Shown: in pieces, positions 44,364 to 59,300 of the stretch | Position numbering within the stretch: position 1 is the first letter of the stretch | Layout of the letters: each line of letters begins with the position of its first letter | NCBI GenBank assembly: GCA_002633005.1 | Contig: NMRA01000001.1 | Location: forward strand, 1,459,755 to 1,523,754 | From: Phoronis australis | Lineage: Eukaryota; Animalia; Phoronida | Direction: 5' to 3' | Length of the DNA: 64,000 nucleotides | Notes under the pieces: generated by a model | What the model was told of the DNA's origin: nothing | The model's input: the letters and a program-made list of their open reading frames with translations, nothing else | The model's database searches: none | Made by a program: the position numbers and the translations under genes

Positions 44364-47300
44364 GTAGGTAGCCTGGTCTACATTCGCTGTCAGTGTCAGC
44401 CGATACTTTCTCAAAAAGGCCGACCTTCGCACGTTTGACCTCAGCTAGTGTTAACGAAGTCACGGTGAGATTGAGTTGTGACCGGAGCTTTCTTAAGGGG
44501 ACGTGTAGATTTTTAGTCATCGTTGAAAAAATAAACGTTCACCGTTACATGTCTTGTGCGAGTTGTCAACTTGACGACGTTTGGCCTACGGCTACGGTCG
44601 TCATAACCAACGTAGAAATTTAGTTTGCGTAGCCTGTGTCTATTTCATGGTTTGTGCACTCCTGAAGAAGTCTTGGACTTGGAGCCTTCGGCCTCGAATG
44701 CTCTTTGAATTTACTTATTGCCGTGCAAATTCCGTTATCTTGTGATGTATGCCTGGTGATTGCCACGCCTTATTAGTTGAATTGTTTTTAAATTTTATAT
44801 TTTGTATTTTGTTCTTTCCCTTCTACCTGGAATTTCCGAGAATATACCCATGGCCAGATATTCAGAACAACCTTCAAAAATGAGAAAATGAAACATATTA
44901 TATACCTGGGTGTGTATTTAGAAACTCAGTGATAAAGATTTAATGATGCATTTTTAAAGTGAAAAAATATCTTGAATTATTCACTCAAGACTGCTACCTC
45001 CTGATAGTTTTGTAGTTACCAACACAGCCACCCAATATCTCCTAATGAGTTGTTCCAGTAAAATCGTGATCCCAAACTGTTATGCTATTTTCAGTTAACA
45101 AAGTTTAACATCGAAACATCATGCTCTTACTTTTGGGTAGGCCTATATTTTGAGAAATTTCTGGCACAAATATCCGACATGTCACAGTTACTGAATTTGT
45201 TTTTTTGTTGAAGCCGCCTAAACGGACACTTCTGGAAAAAATGTGAAAGTCACACACCTCTAATTAAATGACTGACTAAATCCTTTTGAAAGCAACTATG
45301 AAATCCACTGCAGGTTGTCAGTTTTATTGTTTAACAACTTCTTAAGTGTATTTCCCCAGTTTACTGATTTCTCGGTGTAAGCAATGAGCTATACCAGTGG
45401 TATAGCTCATTGGTGTAAGTAAACGATTGTTCTGGATCTTTCATAGGCCTATCTCGAAGTTTTAGCATTTTGTTTTTCACTCAAAAAGGTGTACCTGGGC
45501 TTGACACTAACAAATGCCCGATTCTCCATCACTACCAAAAATTAAGTGCAAACGAATTGAATTTCTAACCAGCTGTTTGAATGGACAACCTAAAATTTTT
45601 TATTGCCTTGCACTTAGATCAATCCTGTCTTAATTGCACGCATGCACAAAGTGCCTTTGTAACTTTGCTATTTAAATTGTTGAAAGACTCCCAAGTGACT
45701 AGCTTGGAACCTGGCGGAACCTGACCTGTTGGGGCTTCAGTCAGTTGGTGTCATAATTCTAGGGAATGTAGCTGAGTTGGGACTTTACTATGGTAGACAC
45801 AGATCAATCACTTCAAAGTAATCGCAATAAACACTAAAAATTTCAAAGTAAACTTGTTAGGGCTTATTTTATTTGTGGTAAAAGTTTGACGCTCTCATCT
45901 ATTGATGACATTTTTTTCGATTTTTTGATTTAGAATTTTATCATATGCCAGCTTTTACATCCACAGTTAGATGGGAAACGAAAGTTTTTCAGCTAGTGAC
46001 GGGTGATTTAGTCAAAAACATTAATTCATGAATACACTAAAGTGGCTGTAAAATTGCCTTTTGTCACAAAAAAAACAAACCTTTTGATTTAGACCATTTA
46101 CCTTTATGCAATTTTTGTCAACCTGCTTGTTTTGGTTGAAATATGAGTGTGTTTTTTTTCATTATTGACAGAATATGAGTTATTAGTCACTTTAGATGTG
46201 GGTGGGATTTTCATTGCAAATGATCTTGTTATCAAAGTTTGGATGGCGTACCAAACAGGACCAAACAGTTAGGCAACATGGTAGAGCAGTCTGTTTAACC
46301 AATCATGCCAAAACATCAGTAAACTCTGAGTTAGGTTGTGTAGGCTAACAAGAGTGTGGTAGAGTCTTTAAGCATAGTGAAGAAAATTTATCGGAAAATT
46401 TCAAATTTACAGATTTCAAGACAGCTGGTTGCCACCATATTACCACTTCAGAAACTATTGATTCTCTCATCTTTAAGGCTGTAAATTATTTGTTGCCATG
46501 AATTACGTACGCCGATTCCACGCCTTTCAAAGAACCTACGCTTGGGTATTGACCATGTCACAGGTTCCTGCTAATCAACTTCTGCACTACAGACCCTCTT
46601 TGCAACTCACCGTTCACCATGTTCTGGCAAGTACCAAGACTACACTGACACTGAAATATGCATCGAACTCTCTCCTGTGTATCACAGTCATTAAAGAAGC
46701 AAATGCGTACTCTATTCCACATCAGCAATGGTAAAATTATACCAACTTTGGGCAAAACTGATTACAAAAATTGCCCCTTTTAGTTTTTTTAGGGCTTCTT
46801 ACATGGTTGTGAATGGCCTCAAATTTTCAAAATATTATCTGGTGGTAGATATGGTGCAAAACTTGTACATGGTATTAGCATTAATTTGGTGTTACATATT
46901 TTTATGGAAAACGAGAAAATAAAATTTCACTTGTCTTCTATACTGTGTCCGAAGTTGGTGAGACTTTGCTGTAGTTGATGTATTGCTGTAGTTGACATAT
47001 TGCCTACTGACAACTGAAATGGGCTTCACAATGTTACCCTATGTGTTGCCAGGGTTGATTTGATATTTAGGGCAAACTAAGTTAAAGGGCATTTCTAAGG
47101 TATCTGAATGGCACACTATATTTGCATCACTGCCTCCTTTGTTGGGTTTGTGTATCAGAAATATTACCTTTTTGTTTTCCATGACCACATCTTGCTGTGT
47201 ATCACAATGTCCATTTGAAGACAATTGAATCAACAATCTTCCAATGGTTGGAATGGTCTGTTTGGATACAGAATGGCTTGGAAAAGTTAAATGGCCCTTT

Positions 47301-50300
47301 CAGACTTGCTTTGATTTATTGGGGTGTTGTGGTCAACATATATGAAGGATTTCTAAGGTAAAGAACTCCAGTTAACTTCACAGTAAACAGATGAATTTAA
47401 CAGCACAGAGTTGACCCTGAGGTGTAGTATGATCAGTCAACTTGGGTCCCATCGAAGTTATCGTCAACAATTAAAGGGCAGTGTCGTTGCTAATATTTGC
47501 CTCAAATAATGACCAATTTAGAAATAAGTTTTATTTCAATTATCACAAAAATGTTCTCAAATTGTAACATGAGGAATCTTAGTGCACATAGGATGAAAAC
47601 TCCACCATTCACACAACTTCAAACAACACCTTACACAGTACTGACAGCAGTGTCACTAACTGTTTGTATAAATTTCCTTCAATGCTGTTAACTACAAAAG
47701 CCAGTATGAAGGGTTCAACTAACTTCACAGTTTACATGGATGCTAGGGTCATACTGAAGTTAAGTTGGTATGAAAGTGTCTCGAGACATTTCTTGTGGGA
47801 TAAAATCACGTAAGAACGTCAGTAATCTTATGCACCTGGGCCTTAATGACTAGTGCAGAGAAACCTGAGGGGAAATCAAAAACAAGAGTACAAATGATAG
47901 AAACGAAAATGAATAGAAGGGAATATGTGCCTAAAATAATGAATGATAAAGGCTTTTGATGAGGTTAACGGAAGAATAGACAATTAGTTGGTGTTTGTTT
48001 AGAAGGCCAGATTATAACATACCATAACAACAGAGTGACTACTTAGTGAACCTTTGAGAAAGAGGTTGATAATTAGGCAATACTGGTGTCATGTTTCATG
48101 TAGGTTTGAAATAGCTGGTTGGGGGGGAAGGGGTACAGGTAATACTGACACTATGTTGGGTCACACAAATGGGTGGCTGAGGAGTTGTTGAGCTAGTCAA
48201 TTAATTAGGGCTGGAAGAGGGTCCTGGGCTTGTGGCATGACTAGTTAAGTGGATAGCTGGCTTGACATGAGGAACAGGGATGTTTTTCTCTGAAACAGCT
48301 TTTGATGTGGGTCTTTGACCTCACTCAGCTCCTGAGTGCCTGCGTATTACCTGCACGCCGTCTGATCACTTGACTTTGTTGTTGAGTGAATCGAGGAATC
48401 TCATTTCATGTTGAGAGATATTTGTGTTGTAACAGTTGAGCACTAATATTTATTTTGCTCATTGATGATGCTGGCCTGTCTGCATAACTACGGTAAGGTA
48501 ATTTCGGATTCTCGCTCTTGTGACTAAAAGGAAGACTAGATGCCGTCCAGGCCTTGGTGTAAAGAGATCTAATTTTGTCAAAAAATTCTGAGATATTGAT
48601 CTGTGCGTATAGCATGATGCATCCTACAAGCTATGATTATTATTGGTTATTGAATTTCTGTTGGCAGAAGAAAAATATGGCCAGTCATGTGTTAAACGTG
48701 TATTTTCAATACTTTATCTATCAGCCATCAAGACAAGGGTCTCAACCATGTTATTAATAATTTTAAATTTATACTGTTTGACACATATTTTTAAACCACT
48801 TCCTCGTATTGTAACAAAATTGACACTTTTTTTCATAAAAATAAAGCCTGTGTAAATGTTGATATATTTTTAAGTTAATTAAAACAAGTGAATGTGTCTC
48901 AGTGAATGACTATCAAAGTCCTTCCCCTTTTCTCTCCCCCTTTTGTAATAAGTTCATGTTATTTGTACCCCCAATCTCTTTTGGCCCTTCATACTGACTT
49001 AACTCCAGACTGAGCTTAACTTCGAGGTAAATTGCAAAGTAAATTGAACCGTTCATACTGTCTTCGGTAGTTTAAACGGCATCGAAGTAAATGGTAGGCG
49101 ACACTGTTGTCATCGAAGTAATCGCACTTTAGCGCTGATGCGTCACGCGCTCGCTAAGATTTTTGTTGATGTGACAATTTGGGAACATTTGCATGTGTTG
49201 ATTGATATATAACTTATTTCTTATTCGATTGGTGGTTATTTTTTCAAAATCATAAGCAAGTATTAGCAACGACACTGCCCTTTAATTGTTGACGATAACA
49301 GTGGCCCTTGTGATAACTTCGATGGGACCGAAGTTGACCATTTATAGCGCTCCTCTGTTAAATCCACCTGTTCACTGCGAAGTTAACTGGCACTGTTAAT
49401 TTCGATCCAGGACCGAAGTTAATTGTCCATACTGACCGCAACTCCCAAAACATTGACACGTCGACATTAGTATGAAAGCAGTGGCAGATTTAGAGGGGGC
49501 CAAGGGGGCCATGGCCCCCCTAAAATTCTCCCAGATTGAAGTTGGTAATATGGGGTGAAAATGTCTGACGGGCAAATTCCTGGCTAATACTCTGCCCGGC
49601 CCCCCTCCTCCCCAACTCAAAGCCTAGATCCACCCCTGGTCAGGGTTTTGCAGCACTAGCTGGAGCATACATGGTACATTTTGTTTGACTAGACTTGAGT
49701 ACGTGCAGCCGAAATTAATAAAATGATTAATTCGAACCAGTCTTCAGTCTGTCGTCGCACCGAAAGCTACTAAACACCTGTGTCCGTCCATCCACATAGT
49801 AAACTGCGTGTTCGTTATAAAATTTGCAAACAGATGCGTGCCAACTAAGTATGTTTTATGAATAAAACAGATAAAAAGACGGATATAGACGGTACACCCA
49901 TATTAAAACCGCAATTTCTTGTTTTCTCTTTTCATTCTTTTATTCATATCATGACTACAGTGCAATGAACGTAAGTTTTTCATAAGCTCATTCCTTCACT
50001 TATTCCGATGAGAAAACCAACCAGTTTCCTATCTTAAGAGTGCCGTGCACTTCAGACCAGACAAAAAGTCATAAGTGGGTGCATTGCAGTTTACTTTTTT
50101 ATGCTATATTACTAAAATGTAGTTTAATACAATTCCTACTCTGATAAATAGTTTAAAAGTCGAGCACATCAGTTTTTGCTCAAAAGCAGTGTCAAATTTT
50201 AACATGAAATCTCATTTTTTGTGGTATTATAAAAACTATAGAAGCTGCTGGACAGTGAAATAGTTTGTGTTATGGATTAACTCATCCATGGTCTCAGTAA

Positions 50301-53300
50301 TAATAATAAATAGAAATTGGAAATTTCTGAGGATAACAGGGTCAAAGAAGCAAAAACACAGAAAACTGATAACAATTCTTTACCCTGCATTGTGATCAAC
50401 AATTTCTGGGAATAGCATGTCATGCATTTTTTCATGATGATTTTTGGAAAGAACGCAAACTGAAACGCGACAATTGTAATGTCAGTTGAATTGAATGCAA
50501 TCAACCTTGTGTAGTACAAGAGAAGGTCTGTGCACATGTGTATTTATCTGGTAAAGACTCTTTACTCTGCATTGAGAACAAAAATGTCGAGGCATAGTTT
50601 TCCAAGCATTTTTTCATGACGATTCCTGGAAAGAACGCAAACTGACACGCTTCGGCACTCTGTAACAGTAGCATAGAATATGCATTTGAAAACTGCACTG
50701 CACTCGTCAGATATTGTCACTCAACAGATGTTTGTATGCATTATAGACAACTTTTATTCACCATTATTATGGAGATAAGAAAGTGGGTGATATAGTTTTT
50801 GAAATCAAGCACATTTTCATGTCTTTCATTAACATCGGGATGGCAAAGAATTTCAGATCACGCATCCATGAGTATTTGTCCAGTTTATCAAACTTTTTCA
50901 CGCCGGTGTTGTAGGCCACAACACAACACTCAATACCTTGTTAGCATAAGAAGAACGAATAGAGTAATGCAACTGAGAAAAACTTGTTAAGAATCAGACA
51001 ACAACAAATAACATGTGAAACTCCAGTGGCTTGAAAACGAGGCAGCAAAGGTGCCTGATGAATGTTTGCGGCATTGTGGGTAATTACAGCGAGATTCGAG
51101 TGTCCCTGTGTAATCCGGGACTGGAGTGATACACTGACTTATTCAGTTCTGACAGTGGCATTATTTTTAACTCGGGAGACGATTTGTGTACGTTAAAATA
51201 TTCCCCTTCATTATCCATAGGATTCACAAAGGATTTTAGGTGATACTCAAACATTAAACTAAGACCGTGAGTTATTTTTAGAAATGCCATTGCTTGAGAG
51301 AATGCTTGTTGGCCGTCCCACCGGTTTCTGGCTGTAGCACAGCTTAGAGAACTCTAAAAAAAGTTACTGAGCTACTTTGAAGTTTGAACACACATCTTAG
51401 CCGAGTGCAGAGATTTCATCGCTTACTTCTCTCCGAGCCAGTTCTACTAGTAAATGTCGTCTTGTCTTTTACACTGGCTTTTTCTCTGCTATAATTCTAC
51501 ATTTCAAACACTCAATGACGCCTTACTATGCGAAGCTACCTAATTTATAAGCACCTCCTCGTGATGGTCACATGACACAACAACTCATTTCTGTGACTCC
51601 GGCAAGTGTGCAAAAAAAGCCCATTAATTGGTACAGTCTCATAAAGTTTACGTAAGCAGTGGCAAATTTAGGGGGGGAGGGGGCCATGGCCCCCCTAAAA
51701 TTCTTGCAGATTCCATTTGGCAGCTCGGGGGTGCGAATGTCTGCCCTGGCCGCCCCTAACTCAAAATCCTGGATCCGTCCCTGGAAAGGGCCTTGCGAGG
51801 TATTTTCAAAATACATATTTGTTCTGTAAGATGTATTGTTAGTTGTCAGGATATGTAGCTGGGGCCAGCCAACTCCAGTCATATTCACTAATCAATGATC
51901 CCTGGTTACTAAATAAATGTTTTTAAAAAAATGCTTTACAGAGGCAAGAACTGTGGTAGAACCTCACCAATTATTTTTTACATGGCTGGTAGGAAAGTGA
52001 ATTTTTTCGTAAAAGATATGTAGCACCAAAGAAACGCTTGATCATTTGAAAGCTCTCTTTACCATTGTATATGAATCGTCACACATTGTCTACCCAGAAA
52101 GTTTGATTTACATTGCCAAGACTAGCTTTGTTGTAGACTGTAACCAAATCAACAAAGTCCTTCCACTACCTTGTTTATACATTCTCCTGTGGTTCCTAAC
52201 AAATATATTTAGACCAAGTCCCACTGTAAATTCAAGTGCAAGTGTGATTGGACAGTTTTATAGTTACCCAGGAACGTGGGCCAACTAAGAAATACCTGCA
52301 TTAAAGCCTTCATCCTTAATTTTTCTGACAGTTGCAAAAGATGAACTACCCTTAAAAGATATATTGAAAAGCACTCAAATATCCAGCTTTGAGAACCAGT
52401 TTGATGTCCATTATTCAGTGTAGAAAACTGCATGCTTCCAAAGTAACAAAGAACATGTTTGCGAGTCTTACATGATCGTATATCGTTGCCGCGACCTCTA
52501 CCGATAACTTACTTCAACGAAGCTTCGCTTTTACTTTTCCCACTACACCAAAGTTTTGGTGAGTACCAAAGCTTCGCTTTTAAATCCCACCATTTTAAGT
52601 GAAGCTTTGCTTGCAAATTAACCACCGCAGTTAACCTTTCCCACTTTATACCTAAACTTGGTAAATTTGAAGTTTTGCCTCTAATGGAAAGCGACTCAAG
52701 AAACAAGGCAGTGTTGATGATCAGTAAGTTCTTGATTTGCATTTACAAATAAATTGGATGTCTCATTACTGATAGCCTCTGAGAAAAGCCAAGGGGGCTC
52801 ATTATTTCCTAATAGCATGGGTATGTGATTTATATTGTGTGTTGGGTTGGGCTGCAAGTCTCATAAAATGCTTGTATGCAGACAGGTTAAATGTATAGCT
52901 TTGTTAGAAAGACAGGCCAGGGCACAACCGAAAACGCATAAATCCTGTCCAAAGTACTCTATTCAAAATGACACCAGGAGCCTAGCTAATTCTTAATAAT
53001 TGTTTCAACCAAAATAAAATTAATCCTGAAATCTGAATCAAAGCATCTAATATACCCCCCCCCCCCNCCCCCCCCCCCCACTGGCGTCGTGTTACTGGTA
53101 TAAGGGTTTTTGTCTAAGGCATATGTGGGCTGATTCCAGGGGGGCAACTTATAATGCAAAATAGCTGTGATGAAATCTTAGCAACCCCAGGAATTATAAA
53201 TAGGAAAAGTTATTTTCACTGATTGAATAGTCTCCTACCCACTCTTTCTATGTAAAATGGAGACATCAAAAGTCCTTGAAAAAGACGAAAGTCTTACTTT

Positions 53301-56300
53301 TGATACTCAATTTCTCTGGCTATAAATCCTTAACAGAAAATCCCTGAATTAGGAACTGGAATTTGCAACTTTCATGCAGAAATCATGTTTGTATAAAATA
53401 TGGCAATCTTTTTGAAAATGTTATTTTGTTTGAAAAACTGCTGTCGGTGGTTACGAACATCTGGTAATTGCATCAACAGATTTTAAAAATATAATATAAT
53501 ATAATATAGGAATTTTTTATTATTCTCTTATTCCGGCTTTTATGCTAAATAAACAAACAAAACAAAAAGCATTTTTGTATAACAAACACGGTCTTATTCG
53601 TATATATTGCTTGTTATGCAAAAATTCGGCATTTTAAAGCAAAATCCTTACAATCTTTTTGAGATATAACCTAAAGTTTTCATTTAAAAAGTTAGTAAAA
53701 TGGATTGGGGGTTATTTTGCTATGACTGTACCTTTCTTGCACATGAAAATTTGAGTTTAAAACGTGGTTACGTGACAAACAAAGACAGTAGTAAGAATCC
53801 TTGATCTTTCTACTTTCAGAAAATACATATTATAATGGTTGTCAAAGCACAGATATTTACTGCCATTTATTAAAGACCTAGATAACCATAAAGCATTCAT
53901 GTAAGCAGTGCATGGCCCAGCTCATTTCATGCCTAATGTTTGCATTGGAAACTTGAAAATGCACTGTGTATAAAGCTAGTGTGCTTGTGCATTGCTGTGT
54001 GCAATCATTGTATTCTAGACATTCATTGTCCTTTACCACAGTGTTCACATTCACCCCTGTATGACACCTATTTGTGATGTTCATGTCCTTGTAACTCCCT
54101 GGGTATTGACCTGGTCAAGTGTTCAGTCAGGCACCCACTTCTGTCTTATCAGAAATTATTTTCTTGATCCGTCTGTGCTTTCTTTTTGCTTAATTCCCAT
54201 TTTACTCGTATCTGCATGCATGTCCATTAAGAAAAGATTAAAAGCTTTAAATCTGCTATTGTTCTATAGTATAGGTCAGTTTCCTCCAATTCAAACAAAA
54301 ATAATAACAAAAGTTGTTTTTTTTTCACATTTCAAATGGTTCCTGTATTGTTCAACATTTCGTCATGGGCTATATAAAGGCTTTTGAATATTGGCTTTAG
54401 TGAAAGCTATTTGGCCCCTCATTGTTTCAATATAAAATTAAAATTGTTTTGCCATACATCAACTGTTACATGTCCATTCTAGGTACACGAGAAACTTGGT
54501 GGATATCGGCAATGGGAAGTTCAACCTGATTCTGCTTTGTTGGGGTGAAGGTCAGGGTAGCGGCATTCACTCGCATGCTGGCTCGCACTGTTTCTTCAAG
54601 GTTATGAGTGGTCAGTTGAAGGAGGAGCTATATGATTGGCCGCGTGATGATGAACCTATGACCAAAGTGCACGACGTCTACTGCAAGGAGGGCGACGTTG
54701 CCTACATAAACGGTAACAAATTGTACTAGCTCATGGACGTGCATGCCATGTTCTCTAGAGCCAAGCCATTTTGCTTGCTTTTTGTTTGAGCATATATTAA
54801 AATTGAGTTGAACATCTACTACAAATACATGACCGCGTGACCCAGATTGTCGTTCAGTTTCAAGTCAAAGTCTACAGGCTTTCTACGGTTCTACCGCTAC
54901 AAAATGTGTACGGCATGGTTAAATCTCATCAACTTGAGGCAAAATATGGCAATCTAGTAAAATTTTATTTCCTTTTTTTTTCGATGAAAGATATCTGGCA
55001 AAAAATAATAAACGATTTTCCGCCATTAAATCCATAGTTACCGTAAAGCAACGTTTTGAAAAACTATGGGCATTCACTACAATGTTGTAAGCCGTTGAAA
55101 AATGATAAACGATCAATTTTGATAGTTATTTTTGTCTAAAATTGGTTAGATTTTAATTTACTGTACTTAGCCTTATAGATATTTAGCAAAATGCACAGAT
55201 ATTAGGTCCTGCATAACTTTAAACAAAACAGTATTTAATTATTCACAGTTTTAATGAGATCCAACTGCTTCAGCGGCTTATCAAACATAAAAATAGCATA
55301 ACCAGCATACAGGTAATAAAACTTGTGATATGATGGCACATGGTGGTGCTGGGAGCTGTGCTTCACAGTGTGTATGCATGTGGTTCCTCCAGTTGTTGAT
55401 TTACTGTGTATGGTGGAATGCATACTAACAATGTTTATATCATAATGAATTAATGGAAATGAAAACTTTTAAGACAAGCAGTATGCGAAATCCCCTTGCA
55501 GTGTCACCTTTGAAACCATTATTTTGGTTCACATGGAACCCTTTATTGTATTTTTTAATACAGCGAGTTAGCATTCCTAATAGCAGAGTTTTCATATTGG
55601 TGCTCTCTACAGTAATGACAGCGCAAAAGCAACTTCTGCTTGATCTTGACTCAGATTCGGTGGACAGAAGTTCAAGATGGCTGTTAGTCGCGTTACTTTC
55701 TTCTCGGGTATGAGGCAACTTCTTTGCTAACATTTGAGGTTTTGTTACCCCAACGCCTAAGCGAACTTAAGACAGACTGTGACTAACCTGTTCTAATTAG
55801 TTCACGTAGCTGTGAAGAAAACCTATTCGTTAATTTCTCTTGTAATGCATGGAAGACAGTATTTACTTTTCAATTTTAAAAACAGTCATGTTGATCTTTT
55901 GCCAGTTGCTAATTGTTTTTTTTTTTGACTTTGAATCTCATATGTTAAAGGGGCTCGTTATCGTACGCGTTAATGAATAGCCACTTTCTCACTTCAATCT
56001 GTGACAGTGCATTCAAGCTTTAATGTGCCGAGGATTTGGCTGGACACTCTGGAGTGAACAGTGCATGCTTTCTCGTCCACTTGCGTGCAAATCCTCTTAG
56101 CATATGAGTTACATAATGGTGAAACTGTGCCCAATTTTTGCTGTTTTAAAGTCCCAGAACTGAACGGATAGTTGCAAAAATGAGGAATGGGTGTTTCTTA
56201 CTATTGGAAAGCGCAGTTACTGACTTTGCAGCTATTCTTCTTCGCAGTGGGAAATGTTTGGATTGCGATGTCCTTCATTCATGTGTACTGTGTGTCTTTT

Positions 56301-59300
56301 TCCATGAGCCATTAATACACCCCACCACACACTAGGGGAAATTTGTCGACAAAATAGCAGAAAAGGTGTTTAAATGCTGTTTATAGCAGTAGGTTGAAAC
56401 CTCCTGTCTGCCACATTACATGATGTCTGAGGGTGGCTCTGAATGCCTGTCCACCAAATACCTGAAGCGTGTTCAATAAAGTGAGCGCCCGCAAGCGATT
56501 TGAGCGCCCTCGTCCTGAACAGCTGCGTTCACGTTAGCGCTCGCGAGCGCTCGCGAACAACCTCAAGAGCATGTTCGCTTAGATTTCCAAGATGGCGTCC
56601 TGCGAAGGCTTCACGTCTGCAACATATGAACCCATTATGGTTCTGCAACACGAAAACTAACCTCAAAACTCATCCGAAACTGCGACTTAAATTGCAGGTC
56701 GCTGTAGCGAGGAACAGTTTCCTCGACGTAATTTTCGATTCTTGTTGCTCCAAAGCCTTCACGGTTGTTGTCTTGGGCTGCCGATATTAACAATTATTGG
56801 CAAAGATAAATCATATTTAGCGCTCAGTACGCCATAGGAAGGACTGTTAGTGTTAAGCTCATCGGCTAAGACGTTCAACACAATCTCCTTCAGAGTTACC
56901 ATACTGAATCGCACAGTGAGCGCTCACAGCTGCTCAGGAGCTGTTCCTTGTGTTTGCGAGTACACGCTAGCGGACGCTCACTCTGTTGAACACGCTTCTG
57001 ATCACCGTCTGGCAGGACAGTAAAATTCAATATGGCACGGCTATTCCCAAGATCAGCTATGTTCAGAATTGACCGAAGTACGTTTACTGATTCCTCGAAG
57101 CAGAAAATTCGGTACAGCTAATTTGATTGATTCCAATTTGAAGTTTGCGGTCTCTGCCTGACCTAATTAGGGCTGTTGGTCTTAAATACATTTGTACAGC
57201 GTCATGCGTCTGTTGGATATAATTTATAGACATGTTGCTCCCTCTGTCATTAACTACTAAATCACTTGTGAATGTTTTGCTATTGCTGTGCAAGGAAAAT
57301 AACCTTCATGATCGGGAAGCCTTACATATAAGTTGTATGTGCCGATGGTGCCCTATTTCTGTATGTGCAAGGCACGGTCAGCATTTAGGGACATCCAGGG
57401 TTTGTAGGTAACCTGGTTATAAACTGGTCCAATCCGGTTTTGTCAAGAAGCCTTTCACCACCTGAAAATATCCTCATGAATAATGAAGCTGGGTGTGTGC
57501 AGTTCAAATAAATTATGTCATCTCCCTGTAACTGTAGCATGTACTATAACAGCAAAGTTGGTCTGGGCCTATTGTCCTTCATTACCTATGTATTACTGCG
57601 AGGTAAATTTCTATGGAGAACAAATTTAAGGCACAATCTTTTTGGTACGAGGTTATCAGATGATGACGTATGTACCAACGATAAAAATATGTGTCACAAG
57701 CTTGTTACCGCAGAGATGAAATGAGGAGATTATTCATTATTGTGATAGAATACAAGTACAAAGAATAGAGATGAAAGTAGAATATAATGTTTAAAAAATG
57801 ATAATCTCCGGTAAGATGGGCAATAAAAAATCGCTACAAAAGATGTTGAAGACGATTATTGTCGTCCTGTGTTGTACAGTATGTTATGCAGATATAATAT
57901 ACCACAAATTTGGATTGTTCAATTACTAAATCTTCGATAAAACTCTTTGAGGTATTCTGAAAGTAGAAAGCCTTTGGACATTGATTTTGAATTTTATGCC
58001 AGTCTGTTATCAATTGGTGTTGTCAGTGACCATATATTTTTAGTGAAATTTAGCAAAAGTTCAATAATAGCAAAACAGTATCAATTGTGTGGCCAAATTT
58101 CTTTTGATATAAATTTTCAATACGACATCTCAAAAATAGTTTTACAGCTCTTTAAATTACCAATTTATTGTCATTTTATGCAACTTTTCATATTTTTATA
58201 AAAACCATAGAGGTTCTATTTTTGTAGCTTCTCGTGCAAAAGAGGATAAATTTAATATAGTTCATAATTTGGAGCAAAGATACTTGTATACACAGCTCTC
58301 CAGGAAGTCACAAGGTGGCGCTTGCTGCAAATTTAAATATTCACTGTTTTAATGAGACATAGCATCTTTAAGGTTTGTTGTGTTGGATACCAAGCTGATC
58401 AAGTACCAGAATGCACAATTTGCTCATGCATTATGACATATACTGCTAGTGATTAATGTCTCAATGCTTTTGCAGATATGGATTATGGTATTAAATATTG
58501 TCCCCAAAGATACATACAAGACGCAGTATCGAAGAAATGTGATAGTCAAAGTTCTTTGTATTAAAACTGGCACTTTGAAATGTTCATTTAACCAGCTGGT
58601 AACCAAATGACTTATAAATTCTTGTAATGCAGTAAAAAATTTGTATAGAGAAAGTGATAATTTAGAAATCAAAAGACATATATGAAGTTGCTACATCAGA
58701 TGTTATTAATAACCAAAATACATAATATTATTCTCATCTAAGATTATTGTAAAAAACAATTACTTTTCTGTTGATCTTGCTATTACATGCATCTTTGGGT
58801 GAATATAACGGTCACAGCTCAAGGACTTGAAACCAAATGTTCAACAACGTCTAGTGTCGTATGAAAACTGCCTGTTGACTACAGGATGGTTTAACTTTAA
58901 CAAGGAAAACATGGGTAATTGTAGAAATAGGTTGATGGGCAGTACAGAACATAATCAGTTACCTGAAGAATTCAGGTGATACGACAACTAGAGATTTCAT
59001 GCTTCAGTTCACAACTTTAGGTCAACATAATCTATATAAGCCCCGCACGCTGTTATTAATACTGCAGGTGTTATTGTACTTTATCTTTACTGCAGCATAT
59101 TGTGCAGCTGTGCTCTGGTGCATGTTGCAGACGTGTGCAGTCTTCTCATTTGTACTGCAACAGTGTTGTAAAGTTACACTTTACCTCTCTCAAAGTTGCC
59201 TCGCAATTTATTCCGAAACGGTTACACGCACGGGACCAAATTGGCACGTAATTATATTGTTTGGCTGAGTCCAGTGATTGCTGCTGTGGCAAAATTCATT

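Noticed and set aside
47471-49286. Single TTAA-flanked element with 25-bp TIRs
   Set aside because: The inverted similarity extends beyond the TTAA on both sides, so two inverted MITE copies explain it better.
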